A stretch of 64,000 bases of DNA from a virus (taxonomy: Duplodnaviria > Caudoviricetes): IMG/VR virus record IMGVR_UViG_3300003316_000399, positions 1 through 64,000 of that record; one strand, written 5' to 3'. Both the position numbers and the translations under genes were made by a program. Of this stretch, positions 1-9,138 are shown in pieces (the stretch's first letter is position 1; each line of letters opens with the position of its first letter). The notes beneath the pieces were generated by a model. It saw only the letters and a list, made by a program, of their open reading frames with translations. It was not told the origin of the DNA and made no database searches.

Positions 1-1329
1 CTAAGACGCCTCTTCCAGATCAACATATGCTTCATTGCTCTTGATCAAACCCTCCAGCTCATAGAAGATTTCAGATTTAGACTTTATAAATTCAACGCCG
101 CCGTCATTTGACTCGCAGCGCAATACAATACCCTCACGTATATGATTACCCAACTCATTCGCAGCATTAGTATAATATTTTACCATCTCACACATGCGAT
201 GATATGATTCTTCAGTTCCGTCGTAATACATTACTGTGTCGAGCGGCACAGGTGTTAAACCAAGTGATCGACAGGCTGCCACCATCTGAGACCATGATAA
301 ATCAAACGCATTACCATCAGGTCCCACCTGAGTGACGCGATATACAAACAGTTTTAATTCTCCAGGATCACAACCATACGTATATCGCATTGTATCGCCA
401 TAACGTTGCTTGAGACTAGGAAATTTATGCAGTGGTTGCGGCTCCATAATTAATTCTGTGCTATTATGATAACCTACCAGCTCATAATAAATCATCATTC
501 CTTTTGGTAACTTAATACCACGGAGAGAACTGGCACGAAATGTGTTATCCCCATAATATCCATTATATGGGTTCTTCATTACATCCTCTGCAGTACCGAG
601 GATAAGAGTGCGAGTCCCAATAATGTGTTTCCACACCATCGGAACATTATTAGCAATTCCTAGACATGATTGTAGCCATCGGACAAAGCGATTTTTAACG
701 TCGTTCAACAACGGCGCGTCAAATGGAATATTGCCAAAGCGCCCGCTTGTGCCATGCAGTTTGTGAGTGAATACAATCACACCAGGCTTAATCGCGCGTG
801 AATGTGCAAAGAAATGCTGACTCTTCACGTGATCAGGAAACATCGGGTGTGTAACACGCACGGCTTTGTATCGTGCTGCAATGGCTGCCAGGGTTGCTAG
901 TGTATGCCGCTTGCGAAAAATAGGGAAAAATTTCCCGTCATCTCGCTGCCATCCAGACCAGCTAAAATCATCTGCCGCGTTGCACCATTCACCCTGAGTA
1001 AGATTACGAGTTTGACAGTCATCAATGTAATCGAGATATTTTAATGGGCACCAAAATCCTGTGCTACGGACACCTCTGAAATTCTGTGCGCGAACACTTC
1101 CATTATCCTCAAAATAGCCACCTAAATCACGATAAAGCTTGTTAGCGGTGAGAAAATCTGCATGCAACTCTCCATCTGAGGGGAAAAAGATTCCTACATC
1201 ACCATCCTGTGTGTCAAGACTTACAATAACCGTCGCGCTTAATGTATCGTTGTTAGGCACCGCGATTTTGATGCGATCTGCATTTGGATGCTGACGTGTT
1301 ACTACGGATGTAATATATGCTTTGTACAT
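1..1329 (-). CDS. ATP-dependent RNA ligase (DRB0094/Rnl2-like) with N-terminal OB-like domain
   Basis: Nucleotidyltransferase motif I KLHGT, motif IV REGIVLR and motif V FIKSKS; N-terminal HPNADRI typical of the DRB0094 family; near Pnkp. Confidence 0.88.
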   Translation of the reverse strand: MYKAYITSVVTRQHPNADRIKIAVPNNDTLSATVIVSLDTQDGDVGIFFPSDGELHADFLTANKLYRDLGGYFEDNGSVRAQNFRGVRSTGFWCPLKYLDYIDDCQTRNLTQGEWCNAADDFSWSGWQRDDGKFFPIFRKRHTLATLAAIAARYKAVRVTHPMFPDHVKSQHFFAHSRAIKPGVIVFTHKLHGTSGRFGNIPFDAPLLNDVKNRFVRWLQSCLGIANNVPMVWKHIIGTRTLILGTAEDVMKNPYNGYYGDNTFRASSLRGIKLPKGMMIYYELVGYHNSTELIMEPQPLHKFPSLKQRYGDTMRYTYGCDPGELKLFVYRVTQVGPDGNAFDLSWSQMVAACRSLGLTPVPLDTVMYYDGTEESYHRMCEMVKYYTNAANELGNHIREGIVLRCESNDGGVEFIKSKSEIFYELEGLIKSNEAYVDLEEAS

Positions 1330-1339
1330 TCTAGGTCCC

Positions 1340-1618
1340 CTATCTTGTAATAGAACTATCTTGTAGCGAAATTCGTTCCGCTAAAATCGCCGCAACATCA
1401 TCTCTCGGTATTGTACGCAGTACTAGCTCGTCTCGCAAAATACCAATCACAATTTCAGCGCGTTTATCCGCATTATACAGAGGCACCCACGCGGATCTGA
1501 GTACATGATGTGAGAATTCTGGCCTGAGATCACAATAAATATAAACTTTGACGTAGATTTCACGATTTATTATTCTCGGCTCTTCAGCTTCACAGGATAC
1601 GATGGTTGCTTCTGCCAT
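1340..1618 (-). CDS. hypothetical protein
   Basis: ORF tightly packed in the minus-strand operon. Confidence 0.6.
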   Translation of the reverse strand: MAEATIVSCEAEEPRIINREIYVKVYIYCDLRPEFSHHVLRSAWVPLYNADKRAEIVIGILRDELVLRTIPRDDVAAILAERISLQDSSITR

Positions 1619-1619
1619 T

Positions 1620-1970
1620 TTAATCTAAACACTCAATAAGAAACCATCCACAGACATTGCCGGATTTCGTCTGTCCATGGATAATCGAATGTACGGTACG
1701 CGAGGACACGTGGAACATCTCCGCAGCTTCTTGCACATTGCCAATAAATTCAGCACCGTTTTCGTGCATAAAACGATAACGCACTGGCCGCCTCTCGGTC
1801 AGCTGCATTACAAATTCCCATCCGTGCGGCTTTAACAAACCTTTAAGCATAAGAAAAACTGCGTGATGACTTATGTTCAAGTGCAATGAAATTTGTGCTT
1901 TAGTACCGTCGAATGTTCCTTCTTCAGGATGCCAGATACGATACGTGGACGGAACTTGTCGCTGTCGCAT
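1620..1970 (-). CDS. NUMOD1-like small DNA-binding protein (two helix-turn-helix-like repeats)
   Basis: Two similar units (GTFDGTKAQISLHLNIS... and GAEFIGNVQEAAEMFHVS...GW) resembling homing-endonuclease-associated DNA-binding repeats; no nuclease motif. Confidence 0.5.
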   Translation of the reverse strand: MRQRQVPSTYRIWHPEEGTFDGTKAQISLHLNISHHAVFLMLKGLLKPHGWEFVMQLTERRPVRYRFMHENGAEFIGNVQEAAEMFHVSSRTVHSIIHGQTKSGNVCGWFLIECLD

Positions 1971-2009
1971 TGTTCTCCTCCATATCTGTGATAACTGTAA
2001 TATAAATAT

Positions 2010-2303
2010 TTACTGCCAATTTGGTGATGTTGAGCGCACGTATCGAATTCCTCCCCCGTTCTCGGTTTTACCAGTTATAAGAACACTGCATTGATAATTA
2101 CCGTCTTTGCGACATCCTGTAACACTACCAGTACCTGCACCACTGTAGCCATTGCGCCACATTTCAGCCGCGTATCGAGTTTCACGTGCGATTAACTCTG
2201 TTACTGATACATCGGTCCAGAGAGGTACACACAATATGGCTTGCATATCAGTGACCTCAATTTCAACCTTCCTCACATCGCGATATTGAATCGTGACAAG
2301 CAT
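2010..2303 (-). CDS. hypothetical protein
   Basis: ORF with AAGGAG RBS upstream. Confidence 0.6.
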   Translation of the reverse strand: MLVTIQYRDVRKVEIEVTDMQAILCVPLWTDVSVTELIARETRYAAEMWRNGYSGAGTGSVTGCRKDGNYQCSVLITGKTENGGGIRYVRSTSPNWQ

Positions 2304-2347
2304 ATAGATCTCCTTATGTTGTGTAATCTATCGCTGGACAATATAAA

Positions 2348-2683
2348 TTACGGTATTTGCCGTGACCCAAATAGTAGACTCATACGTATCTTGCGCTCAG
2401 TATCACAAAAACCATCGGGCCAATATTTAAGATGTCCATTATTGTTGATGTGTAATTTTTGATCAACACCGTTCGCATCACAAAAATAAAGTTCAACATC
2501 ACTGCACGATAGTTTACCTTGGTGGACGGCTAGACGTATAGCACTCAGGATATTTGTTGTACTAAATGTAATGACGAATGGAATAACGTCCGCTGCTGCT
2601 TCACAAAGCTTTTGGACATAAGATAAAACCTCGCCATCGCGATACGGGTGACCTTTTACTGCATCATATATCAGAATGAGCAT
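2348..2683 (-). CDS. stand-alone DUF3696-like domain protein
   Basis: NILSAIRLAVHQGKLSCSDVELYF...LHINNNGHLKYWPDGFCD matches the C-terminal segment of AAA_15/AAA_21 ABC-type ATPases. Confidence 0.65.
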   Translation of the reverse strand: MLILIYDAVKGHPYRDGEVLSYVQKLCEAAADVIPFVITFSTTNILSAIRLAVHQGKLSCSDVELYFCDANGVDQKLHINNNGHLKYWPDGFCDTERKIRMSLLFGSRQIP

Positions 2684-2923
2684 TAATTTTTTCCTCCCGC
2701 GCTAAATACATCTCGATATCCATCATTAGACAAAGATATTTAGACGAGACACATGGACACCAATGACCTAAACTAATAATCTGAATAAATCCATCAGCGA
2801 TATTGACAATACCAGATATGAATATACTTACTCTGGAATCCGCTAAACAGCGGCGTATGACGGGATTTGATTTTAGGAGCTTAATACCAATAATTGTTAA
2901 CCCTAGATGCATACAATCCTCTT

Positions 2924-3832
2924 CTAAAAGTTCCCAGCAGCCACTTGACAACAACGAAGTCCAAGCGACCGCCACATATTCACAACACTATCCCGATCGT
3001 CAAAGACAAGCTTCACATCATACCACGGCTCAATACACCGACGGTAAATCTCTTCTTTTACAATGTGATCAGGTCGAAAATCATTAAACCCGCGCATGAA
3101 GAGTGATCGATATCCCCAGTCTTCATGACCATCCCATTCATAAATACCCGCGTTTTCCAGAGCTTGTTTAGTGTACCATCGCGCCTCGGCACGTCGGCCT
3201 GAGACAAGAATGATAGTGTGATCATTGATCCGATTGTACATATTGTAAAGATTGACAATCGGATCAATTGGCACATCGTCTAAAATTGCCTTCCCAAAGA
3301 AACCATCCCAATTCTTGGGAGATTGCTCAAGGAAATGCTTTCGATGTTCAATGTCAAACAACGTACCGTCGAGATCAAAAATAACTGCTGGGATCTTCTC
3401 ACTGCCGGGTGGAAGGGCAGGATATTTACCCGCGTCTTTGAACATCTTCTCAATGACACTAGCACCCACGGAATGTGTGCGTTTAGCATCTCGCTGGACA
3501 CATGTCTCAAAGTCCACGTGCCAGAAATCATGCTTTACTACAGTGTAATTATATTTCTCTGCTAGATTCTTCCATCTCTGGACTGTTCGAGGATTGGTGT
3601 TTGTGTTGTCGATGATTATATTCCAAATTCCATCCGCAAGCACGGCCTCAGCATAATCAAACATGTACTGCTGAACATACCGCTCATGCAATTCTGGATT
3701 CTTATAACGCAGCTCATCAGCATTCACGTATGCCCAAAATCCATCAGTAGGATTACCACTGTCCATCAATTGTTTACGGAATGTTGTTTTTCCTGAGGCG
3801 GGTGGTCCAATTAGGATACACATAATTGGCAT
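2924..3832 (-). CDS. pseT: polynucleotide 5'-kinase / 3'-phosphatase (T4 PseT-like)
   Basis: N-terminal P-loop GPPASGKTT and IIIDNTN; C-terminal HAD motifs FDLDGTL, LVSGR and VFDDR. Confidence 0.93.
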   Translation of the reverse strand: MPIMCILIGPPASGKTTFRKQLMDSGNPTDGFWAYVNADELRYKNPELHERYVQQYMFDYAEAVLADGIWNIIIDNTNTNPRTVQRWKNLAEKYNYTVVKHDFWHVDFETCVQRDAKRTHSVGASVIEKMFKDAGKYPALPPGSEKIPAVIFDLDGTLFDIEHRKHFLEQSPKNWDGFFGKAILDDVPIDPIVNLYNMYNRINDHTIILVSGRRAEARWYTKQALENAGIYEWDGHEDWGYRSLFMRGFNDFRPDHIVKEEIYRRCIEPWYDVKLVFDDRDSVVNMWRSLGLRCCQVAAGNF

Positions 3833-3891
3833 TGTGCGTTACTCCCTTTTTTAACACTTAGTCAGTCTGCCTGGATTACTCTCTAACAAAA

Positions 3892-4341
3892 TCAGTATAA
3901 AATTGAAAAATTATCACCGAATTCCTTACGAAAAAGCTGTTCAATATCATATGCCCACAAATACCACTCATCAATATCATTGCGATCTTCGTCTGTCAAA
4001 TAGACATATGATCCGCGCGTGGGGCCGTCGTAAGTGAATGCTCGATAAAAGCTCCTCTCCGGTTCGCGCCCAAAGTTTCTTTCATAGTGTATTTGTTCTT
4101 CCCAGTATGTCCGCTCTTCTGGAGACCATCTACCAAAGCTTACATTCAGATTCGGCTTCCAATCATCTTCAATGCCTAATTCCGCCCGCTTGGCGGCAAG
4201 ATACTCATCGTGTTTTTTATGCCATTCTTCATACGCCGCGCGATTGGAATCCTCAAGATCAATATTATATTTCTGCTCGATATATTTAGCACATTCATGG
4301 TAATCAAAGTATTCGTGATTTTTTGCTCTGGGTTTATCCAT
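3892..4341 (-). CDS. hypothetical protein
   Basis: Probable start MDKPRAK at 4341 after a GAGGA RBS; the longer track ORF overlaps the upstream gene. Confidence 0.6.
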   Translation of the reverse strand: MDKPRAKNHEYFDYHECAKYIEQKYNIDLEDSNRAAYEEWHKKHDEYLAAKRAELGIEDDWKPNLNVSFGRWSPEERTYWEEQIHYERNFGREPERSFYRAFTYDGPTRGSYVYLTDEDRNDIDEWYLWAYDIEQLFRKEFGDNFSILY

Positions 4342-4403
4342 TTTTAATTCTTTCCTCAAATGACAATGGGCGCGGATTCCGCGCCCATGTGCCATCAAAA
4401 TAG

Positions 4404-4694
4404 TTAAATAGTCTTCTTGTTGCCGCAACCAGTGCAGTACCAAATTGCGGCGCTTTCACCCTTCTTCTGCCGCCTGTTGTGTACACGCCGTCCGCCGCCA
4501 TTCTGCTTATCCTGGAATGGATTGCGACATTTCGCAGCGCATTCAAACACAGCAGTATTAACTTTCTTCTCAGTTCTACTCTTACCCTTGCCGGGTGATT
4601 CCTGGGCAGCAAGACTAGCCTGTTTCGCACGGGCCGCTTTATCTGCTTTTGCCTGGGTCTCCGCGCGGGAAACCTTCTTATTCTGTTTTGTCAT
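4404..4694 (-). CDS. small basic zinc-ribbon protein
   Basis: Start MTKQNKK; CAAKC...FQD...RVHN...CTGC pattern. Confidence 0.55.
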   Translation of the reverse strand: MTKQNKKVSRAETQAKADKAARAKQASLAAQESPGKGKSRTEKKVNTAVFECAAKCRNPFQDKQNGGGRRVHNRRQKKGESAAIWYCTGCGNKKTI

Positions 4695-5205
4695 TGTTCT
4701 TTTCCTTATCGTTCTTCCGACATGACCATTGATGCCGCAGCGCACGCAGTAGTGGCTGACTTACCACGCCACAGAGCGCCTCAACGGTGGCAAATTCACT
4801 ATCGGTAAAAGCATCAGAACAAGGGCTGCTGAGTAGCAACACTGCCAGTACTCGATCAGTGTTACTGATCGGTGCAAAAAGTTCGGATCGGATCTCTGGT
4901 ATATTCGACATTGCCCGAGGTCCAATATCTCGTAATAGAAGTATTCGATCTATTCGAGCTACCAAACCGGCAATGGCACGCTCCATACGCTGCGGTCTAT
5001 CACAGACGCCATATCCAAACGGTGATTGCTGATAGCCTTTGTAGACTTGTAGTTCCAGTGCTTGAGTCTGATGATTGACGAGAATAATTGCTCCAGACTC
5101 AACACTTACCGAGCTAAGTGCGTGATGTAGGATGTCATCGAGTAAGCTGCGGAGATCGAGCGATGACTTGTTTACATCGATTTCCGCCAAGTCACTGATT
5201 TTCAT
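4678..5205 (-). CDS. stand-alone GAF domain protein
   Basis: SLDLRSLLDDIL...ESGAIILV...IAGLVAR...IRSELFAPI...VLAVLLLSS...AFTDSE is the canonical GAF pattern; no output domain. Confidence 0.85.
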   Translation of the reverse strand: MKISDLAEIDVNKSSLDLRSLLDDILHHALSSVSVESGAIILVNHQTQALELQVYKGYQQSPFGYGVCDRPQRMERAIAGLVARIDRILLLRDIGPRAMSNIPEIRSELFAPISNTDRVLAVLLLSSPCSDAFTDSEFATVEALCGVVSQPLLRALRHQWSCRKNDKEKNNDKTE

Positions 5206-5221
5206 ACAGTCATTCCTCAGA

Positions 5222-5863
5222 TTAATCGACCTTCAATCGATCAAACTGCAGAAGCGATTCAATCACAACCACTTTGTCGAGCTTACTACCAGGGTTACGG
5301 GAATTCATGATGCGGAAACGCGTGTTCTCGACGAAAAGCTTACCTACCTCAGCATCATAATACACGCCACTGGTGTGGCGTCCTAGCCTGCTACGATCTG
5401 CTGTGATCTGCATCAGGCGTCGCTCACCGCCGTAAGAAAGTACAACGCGCCCGCGCGTCATTGTCTCGTGTTTAATTCCATTACGCCGGAGATAATCCAG
5501 TGTCGCGAACATCGCCGCGCCATATGCGGCTGTATTGGCGCCGAGCATGCCGCTGTCAATGGACATCACGTCATCGCCAGGCGTTTTTACAGGAGTAATC
5601 ACAACAGTTGTTACAATCTGTGTTTCCTGAATAATTACAGCCGCGCGCAATGCCTTTTGTGTTTCAAAGCGATTGCGCATACGCTCACGAGCCTCGCGCA
5701 CCAGACAACCACAAGATCGCGTACTACCGCCACGCAGGCATTGCGCGCTGGTTTCCTTCATCTCCCCACAATCGCATTTACACAACCAGTATTGGTTTAC
5801 CTTGGTAGACGGACTCAGGACTACAAGACGGCCAAACCGCTGGCCTGTAAGGTTTGTTGCCAT
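5222..5863 (-). CDS. protein with Cys-rich domain of the type found in AP2/HNH homing-endonuclease-related proteins
   Basis: NLTGQRFGRLVVL...WLCKCDCG...LRGGSTRSCGC; C-terminal half unassigned. Confidence 0.65.
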   Translation of the reverse strand: MATNLTGQRFGRLVVLSPSTKVNQYWLCKCDCGEMKETSAQCLRGGSTRSCGCLVREARERMRNRFETQKALRAAVIIQETQIVTTVVITPVKTPGDDVMSIDSGMLGANTAAYGAAMFATLDYLRRNGIKHETMTRGRVVLSYGGERRLMQITADRSRLGRHTSGVYYDAEVGKLFVENTRFRIMNSRNPGSKLDKVVVIESLLQFDRLKVD

Positions 5864-5920
5864 TATAGGGACTCCTTACCTTGCTATACGGCACCGGGCG
5901 GGTAATTGGTTAACACCATA

Positions 5921-5949
5921 AGTATACCACAGCTACAAACTATAGTCAA
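5921..5949 (-). promoter_or_regulatory. sigma70-type promoter with extended -10
   Basis: TTGACT-17nt-TATACT with TGTGG preceding the -10. Confidence 0.8.
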
Positions 5950-5955
5950 ACACAA

Positions 5956-6405
5956 TTAAAAATCGGGTAAAAGCTTCGTACAGTGATAATATCCACCTAC
6001 TATCGGGAAATTACATTCTACATCTCTGGCGTTATCTTCCCATCTGACATCTGCAATCACCATATCAGACATTGCACATCTGAGAGTCTCAATCTTTCCA
6101 ATGCGTCCACGTGCCCATCGAAATCTATCACCTACACTCCAGTTGAATGGCACATTGCGTGTGTGTTTCACTGTGGGAGATTTTTCTTCCTTCCAAGAAG
6201 GAATTAATAGATCAAAATATCTCAATATCTCGCGCAACTCCTCTTTTGAGATTATGCCATGATTCAGATACATATTTAGTGCTATATCAATGGTGGCACG
6301 TTCATCATAATTTAGGGTCCTCATTGTACGTATCTCCTCGATATGTAATTTTGCATCACAGGTTTTATGTATAAAACAAGCTTTTGATTCGGTAGCAGAT
6401 GTCAC
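5956..6405 (-). CDS. hypothetical protein (true start probably MRTLNY, internal)
   Basis: ORF in operon; GAGGAG RBS before the internal Met. Confidence 0.5.
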   Translation of the reverse strand: MTSATESKACFIHKTCDAKLHIEEIRTMRTLNYDERATIDIALNMYLNHGIISKEELREILRYFDLLIPSWKEEKSPTVKHTRNVPFNWSVGDRFRWARGRIGKIETLRCAMSDMVIADVRWEDNARDVECNFPIVGGYYHCTKLLPDF

Positions 6406-6670
6406 AGTAATAACCTACACCTGGCGCTCTACGCCTGCCACACACTTTACAGCGATGACGCACGAGATAGCGCGCGTAGTGCTTGAAGACGCGCTTACGT
6501 CGCCGCATCAAGTGTATAACGCACCAGCGCGCAAACTTGCGTGCGTCTTGAAAGCTAGACGACTCACCCATAAAGCGACCGTTTACGCGTACTTCATAAC
6601 CTGTCACTTCCCACGGTGCCCCGATTAGCTCAATTGTCCATCGGTATCTCATTGTATCTCCTTTATTCAC
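6365..6670 (-). CDS. hypothetical basic protein with CxxC...CxxC
   Basis: CKVC...CDIC. Confidence 0.5.
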   Translation of the reverse strand: MNKGDTMRYRWTIELIGAPWEVTGYEVRVNGRFMGESSSFQDARKFARWCVIHLMRRRKRVFKHYARYLVRHRCKVCGRRRAPGVGYYCDICYRIKSLFYT

Positions 6671-6992
6671 AGATACGGATTTTATAATCCGACGAGGGTA
6701 ATGGGAGCTTGTGTTTTTGTGCTATTTCCAAAATTGTTGATCTATCAAAATGGGAAATAGGCTCAAATTCTATATCTATCTCACCCAAGAAAAGCTCTGT
6801 CGGCAGATGATAAAATATCATATGAGGATCAAAAGCTTGTAGATTTTTCACGAGATTGTTAAAATAATAACGCGCGTCATAATCACGCTGATAAGAAAAT
6901 CGACATACATAAACACCATGTTCATCAAAAATATAGATAACTTTATAAAAGTCAAAACAAACGGCTGTTTTATAGGCATTACTCATATCCAC
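6663..6992 (-). CDS. hypothetical protein
   Basis: ORF overlapping its neighbours in the operon. Confidence 0.55.
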   Translation of the reverse strand: MDMSNAYKTAVCFDFYKVIYIFDEHGVYVCRFSYQRDYDARYYFNNLVKNLQAFDPHMIFYHLPTELFLGEIDIEFEPISHFDRSTILEIAQKHKLPLPSSDYKIRICE

Positions 6993-7374
6993 TACCTATC
7001 CATTCTTTTCTCAATGTAATACCATCATGGAAAACAACATAACGTATCTTTGCCTTAATTATCATGACGCGACACATTTTACACGGCTTACTTCTGAGAA
7101 AACCGTTATATTTTGCACTGTATAATGTAGCGGCACTGAGATCCGCACCACCACATTTTCGGATCGCGTTATGCTCGGCGTGTACACTGAGTAATGATCT
7201 TCCTATTAATCGTACATGTGCTGGATGTGTTTTAAGAGCATTGTTTGCCGTAACAAGAATTCTGTCGCCTTGCGCGATCACAACGCCGTGCTTTTGGTTG
7301 TGTAATGATTGTGCAGCAATACGCATCGCGTAATCAAATAAACGAACATCACGTGCATTGATTACATTGCTCAT
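6979..7374 (-). CDS. zinc-dependent cytidine/dCMP deaminase-family protein
   Basis: HAE...PCxxC (VHAEHNAI; SKPCKMC). Confidence 0.85.
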   Translation of the reverse strand: MSNVINARDVRLFDYAMRIAAQSLHNQKHGVVIAQGDRILVTANNALKTHPAHVRLIGRSLLSVHAEHNAIRKCGGADLSAATLYSAKYNGFLRSKPCKMCRVMIIKAKIRYVVFHDGITLRKEWIGSGYE

Positions 7375-7588
7375 ACTCTATGTAATAGTCTGGCTTTCCA
7401 TCCAGTTCTACCCATCTCACATCTTGATCAGATAATGATTCAATCAAATACGCGGGCGAGCCGCTAAAGCATTGAACACTCTCTCTAAAATCAATTATTC
7501 TCCATCTCCTGCCGTGTTCATGAATTTTATTCTTGCCCCGCCTTGTACGCGGTGAGAGGTAGATTGTTTTGAGAATATTCTCCCTCAA
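7349..7588 (-). CDS. hypothetical protein
   Basis: ORF in operon. Confidence 0.5.
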   Translation of the reverse strand: MRENILKTIYLSPRTRRGKNKIHEHGRRWRIIDFRESVQCFSGSPAYLIESLSDQDVRWVELDGKPDYYIEYEQCNQCT

Positions 7589-7760
7589 CAGTCGGACTCC
7601 AATTCTTAAATAACATTTTACACGCGTTACATGTCACAAGAGAGACATCACTTGATGCACGTGGGAAAACCTTATCACCGCGTTTCCACGACAGATTACA
7701 AGCACTTCTGCGCTCTTTCGGATCACGTGTCCATATGCGAAGATGAATCTCATTGTGCAT
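7527..7760 (-). CDS. small zinc-finger-like hypothetical protein
   Basis: H...C...VTCNAC pattern. Confidence 0.45.
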   Translation of the reverse strand: MHNEIHLRIWTRDPKERRSACNLSWKRGDKVFPRASSDVSLVTCNACKMLFKNWSPTVEGEYSQNNLPLTAYKAGQE

Positions 7761-8363
7761 TTACATATCTCCACGGGATGCTAGTTTCCCCGCTACTGAA
7801 TCGAACGCACTGTCGGACACACTAAACGCATTATTCGCCCCACTATCCGATGTGATAAAAAATCTATTACTGTGCCCCTCAGATATATGTTGTGCAATTA
7901 CATTGTGCAATTGTTCCTGTTGCGCACGTACAAACTCTTCCTGCGTATACACATTGACAGGACATTCTCGGGGTGGCTCTTGTGCAGGGTAGTCAAGATT
8001 GCAAAATCTTTTCGCGGATTCCCATCCAAATTCAATCTGAACATTCTGTCGAATATGCAACTCCTGGTGACGATCCTGTACAACATCCGTAGTCCTGCAC
8101 AATTCGTAATGTCCAGTTTTTACTGCTTCAACATAGTACCACTGGTCAAGTGAACTTGTGCGCTCCACAATCATGCAATCGACAATCGGCATTCCACGAT
8201 ATTGAGAAACGCGCTCCATAACGCCTACGCCATAATGTGCGGCGTAGCCGCTGTTGAATGGTACCATATCTGGAGGCAGCGGAATCTCTGGAGCGGACAG
8301 CATTTTAACGATCATTAATCCTGCTACAAACTTGTTAAATAAACTAAATAAAATCATATACAT
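7761..8363 (-). CDS. exported RlpA/double-psi-barrel-like protein
   Basis: Hydrophobic N-terminus; GYAAHYGVGVMERV...C...TDV...IEF pattern. Confidence 0.5.
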   Translation of the reverse strand: MYMILFSLFNKFVAGLMIVKMLSAPEIPLPPDMVPFNSGYAAHYGVGVMERVSQYRGMPIVDCMIVERTSSLDQWYYVEAVKTGHYELCRTTDVVQDRHQELHIRQNVQIEFGWESAKRFCNLDYPAQEPPRECPVNVYTQEEFVRAQQEQLHNVIAQHISEGHSNRFFITSDSGANNAFSVSDSAFDSVAGKLASRGDM

Positions 8364-8599
8364 CCTTTCAACGAACTGAGTAAAATTTCACAACCCAAAA
8401 ACTTTTACGGAGAATCAGCGATTGCTTAACAACGCTTTGAAAAACTCTAAATTACAACAAAAATAGATTAGTAGAATCGGAATAGCCAGAAGAAAAACCC
8501 GAACAAAATTAAATAGATCACCTATTGGATCAACATTATCACTTCCGTAATCATTCGTAACCGTTTCAATATCTTCATCAAATCTACTAGGCATAGTAA

Positions 8600-8953
8600 C
8601 TATGCTCCTTCCAATTGTGTGATTCGCATCTCAACCAATTCTTCTCTGATAATGCGCTTTGCCAAACCGCGCGCGCTGCCTTTGCGATGTCTTTGGCTAA
8701 TGTGACGAGTGCGCGCATTAGTATTTCTATATCTGTCGCGCGGATATTTATCGTGGCCGGGACAGCATCCCTGATCTGCCCATCGAACTCCATATGGACG
8801 CATCTTTCTGTTTTTGCGGTAAGGAAAAATTGGCATCTCCTGTTTATCTATCCCGTAGATAATGCCTCCCTGTTTTCTGATACGCCGCAAAATCTTCCGC
8901 GCAATCCGGCATTTTTCCGCAAAGATTTCTCGTTGTTTCTTTGTCTTAAACAT
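8600..8953 (-). CDS. basic hypothetical protein
   Basis: Start MFKTKK at 8953 with AGGAG RBS; MRPYG...CCPGHDKYP...KGSAR motif. Confidence 0.6.
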   Translation of the reverse strand: MFKTKKQREIFAEKCRIARKILRRIRKQGGIIYGIDKQEMPIFPYRKNRKMRPYGVRWADQGCCPGHDKYPRDRYRNTNARTRHISQRHRKGSARGLAKRIIREELVEMRITQLEGA

Positions 8954-8994
8954 ATCAAACGATCTCCTAATATAGGCATCGCATTGAATTGCAG

Positions 8995-9070
8995 TGGCGT
9001 GCCTGAAGGGACTTGAACCCCTGACCATCCGCTTAGAAGGCGGGTGCTCTATCCACTGAGCTACAGGCAC
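8995..9070 (-). tRNA. tRNA-Arg(UCU)
   Basis: Cloverleaf with GTGCCTG/CAGGCAC acceptor, CT-TCT-AA loop, GGTTCAAGTCC T arm and encoded CCA. Confidence 0.95.
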
Positions 9071-9138
9071 ATACAATTGTGCTACTATGTAGCACAATGG
9101 GTTACAATTCATTAATTACGCAGGTAAACCAATATTCA

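Noticed and set aside
5222-5863. Active homing endonuclease
   Set aside because: Only the accessory Cys-rich domain is recognisable; no HNH, GIY-YIG or clear PD-(D/E)XK catalytic motif
8954-9112. N-terminal extension of ORF 8600..9112 (and similarly ORF 15986..16174)
   Set aside because: It reads through tRNA-Arg (and tRNA-Leu, respectively); a better start with RBS exists at 8953
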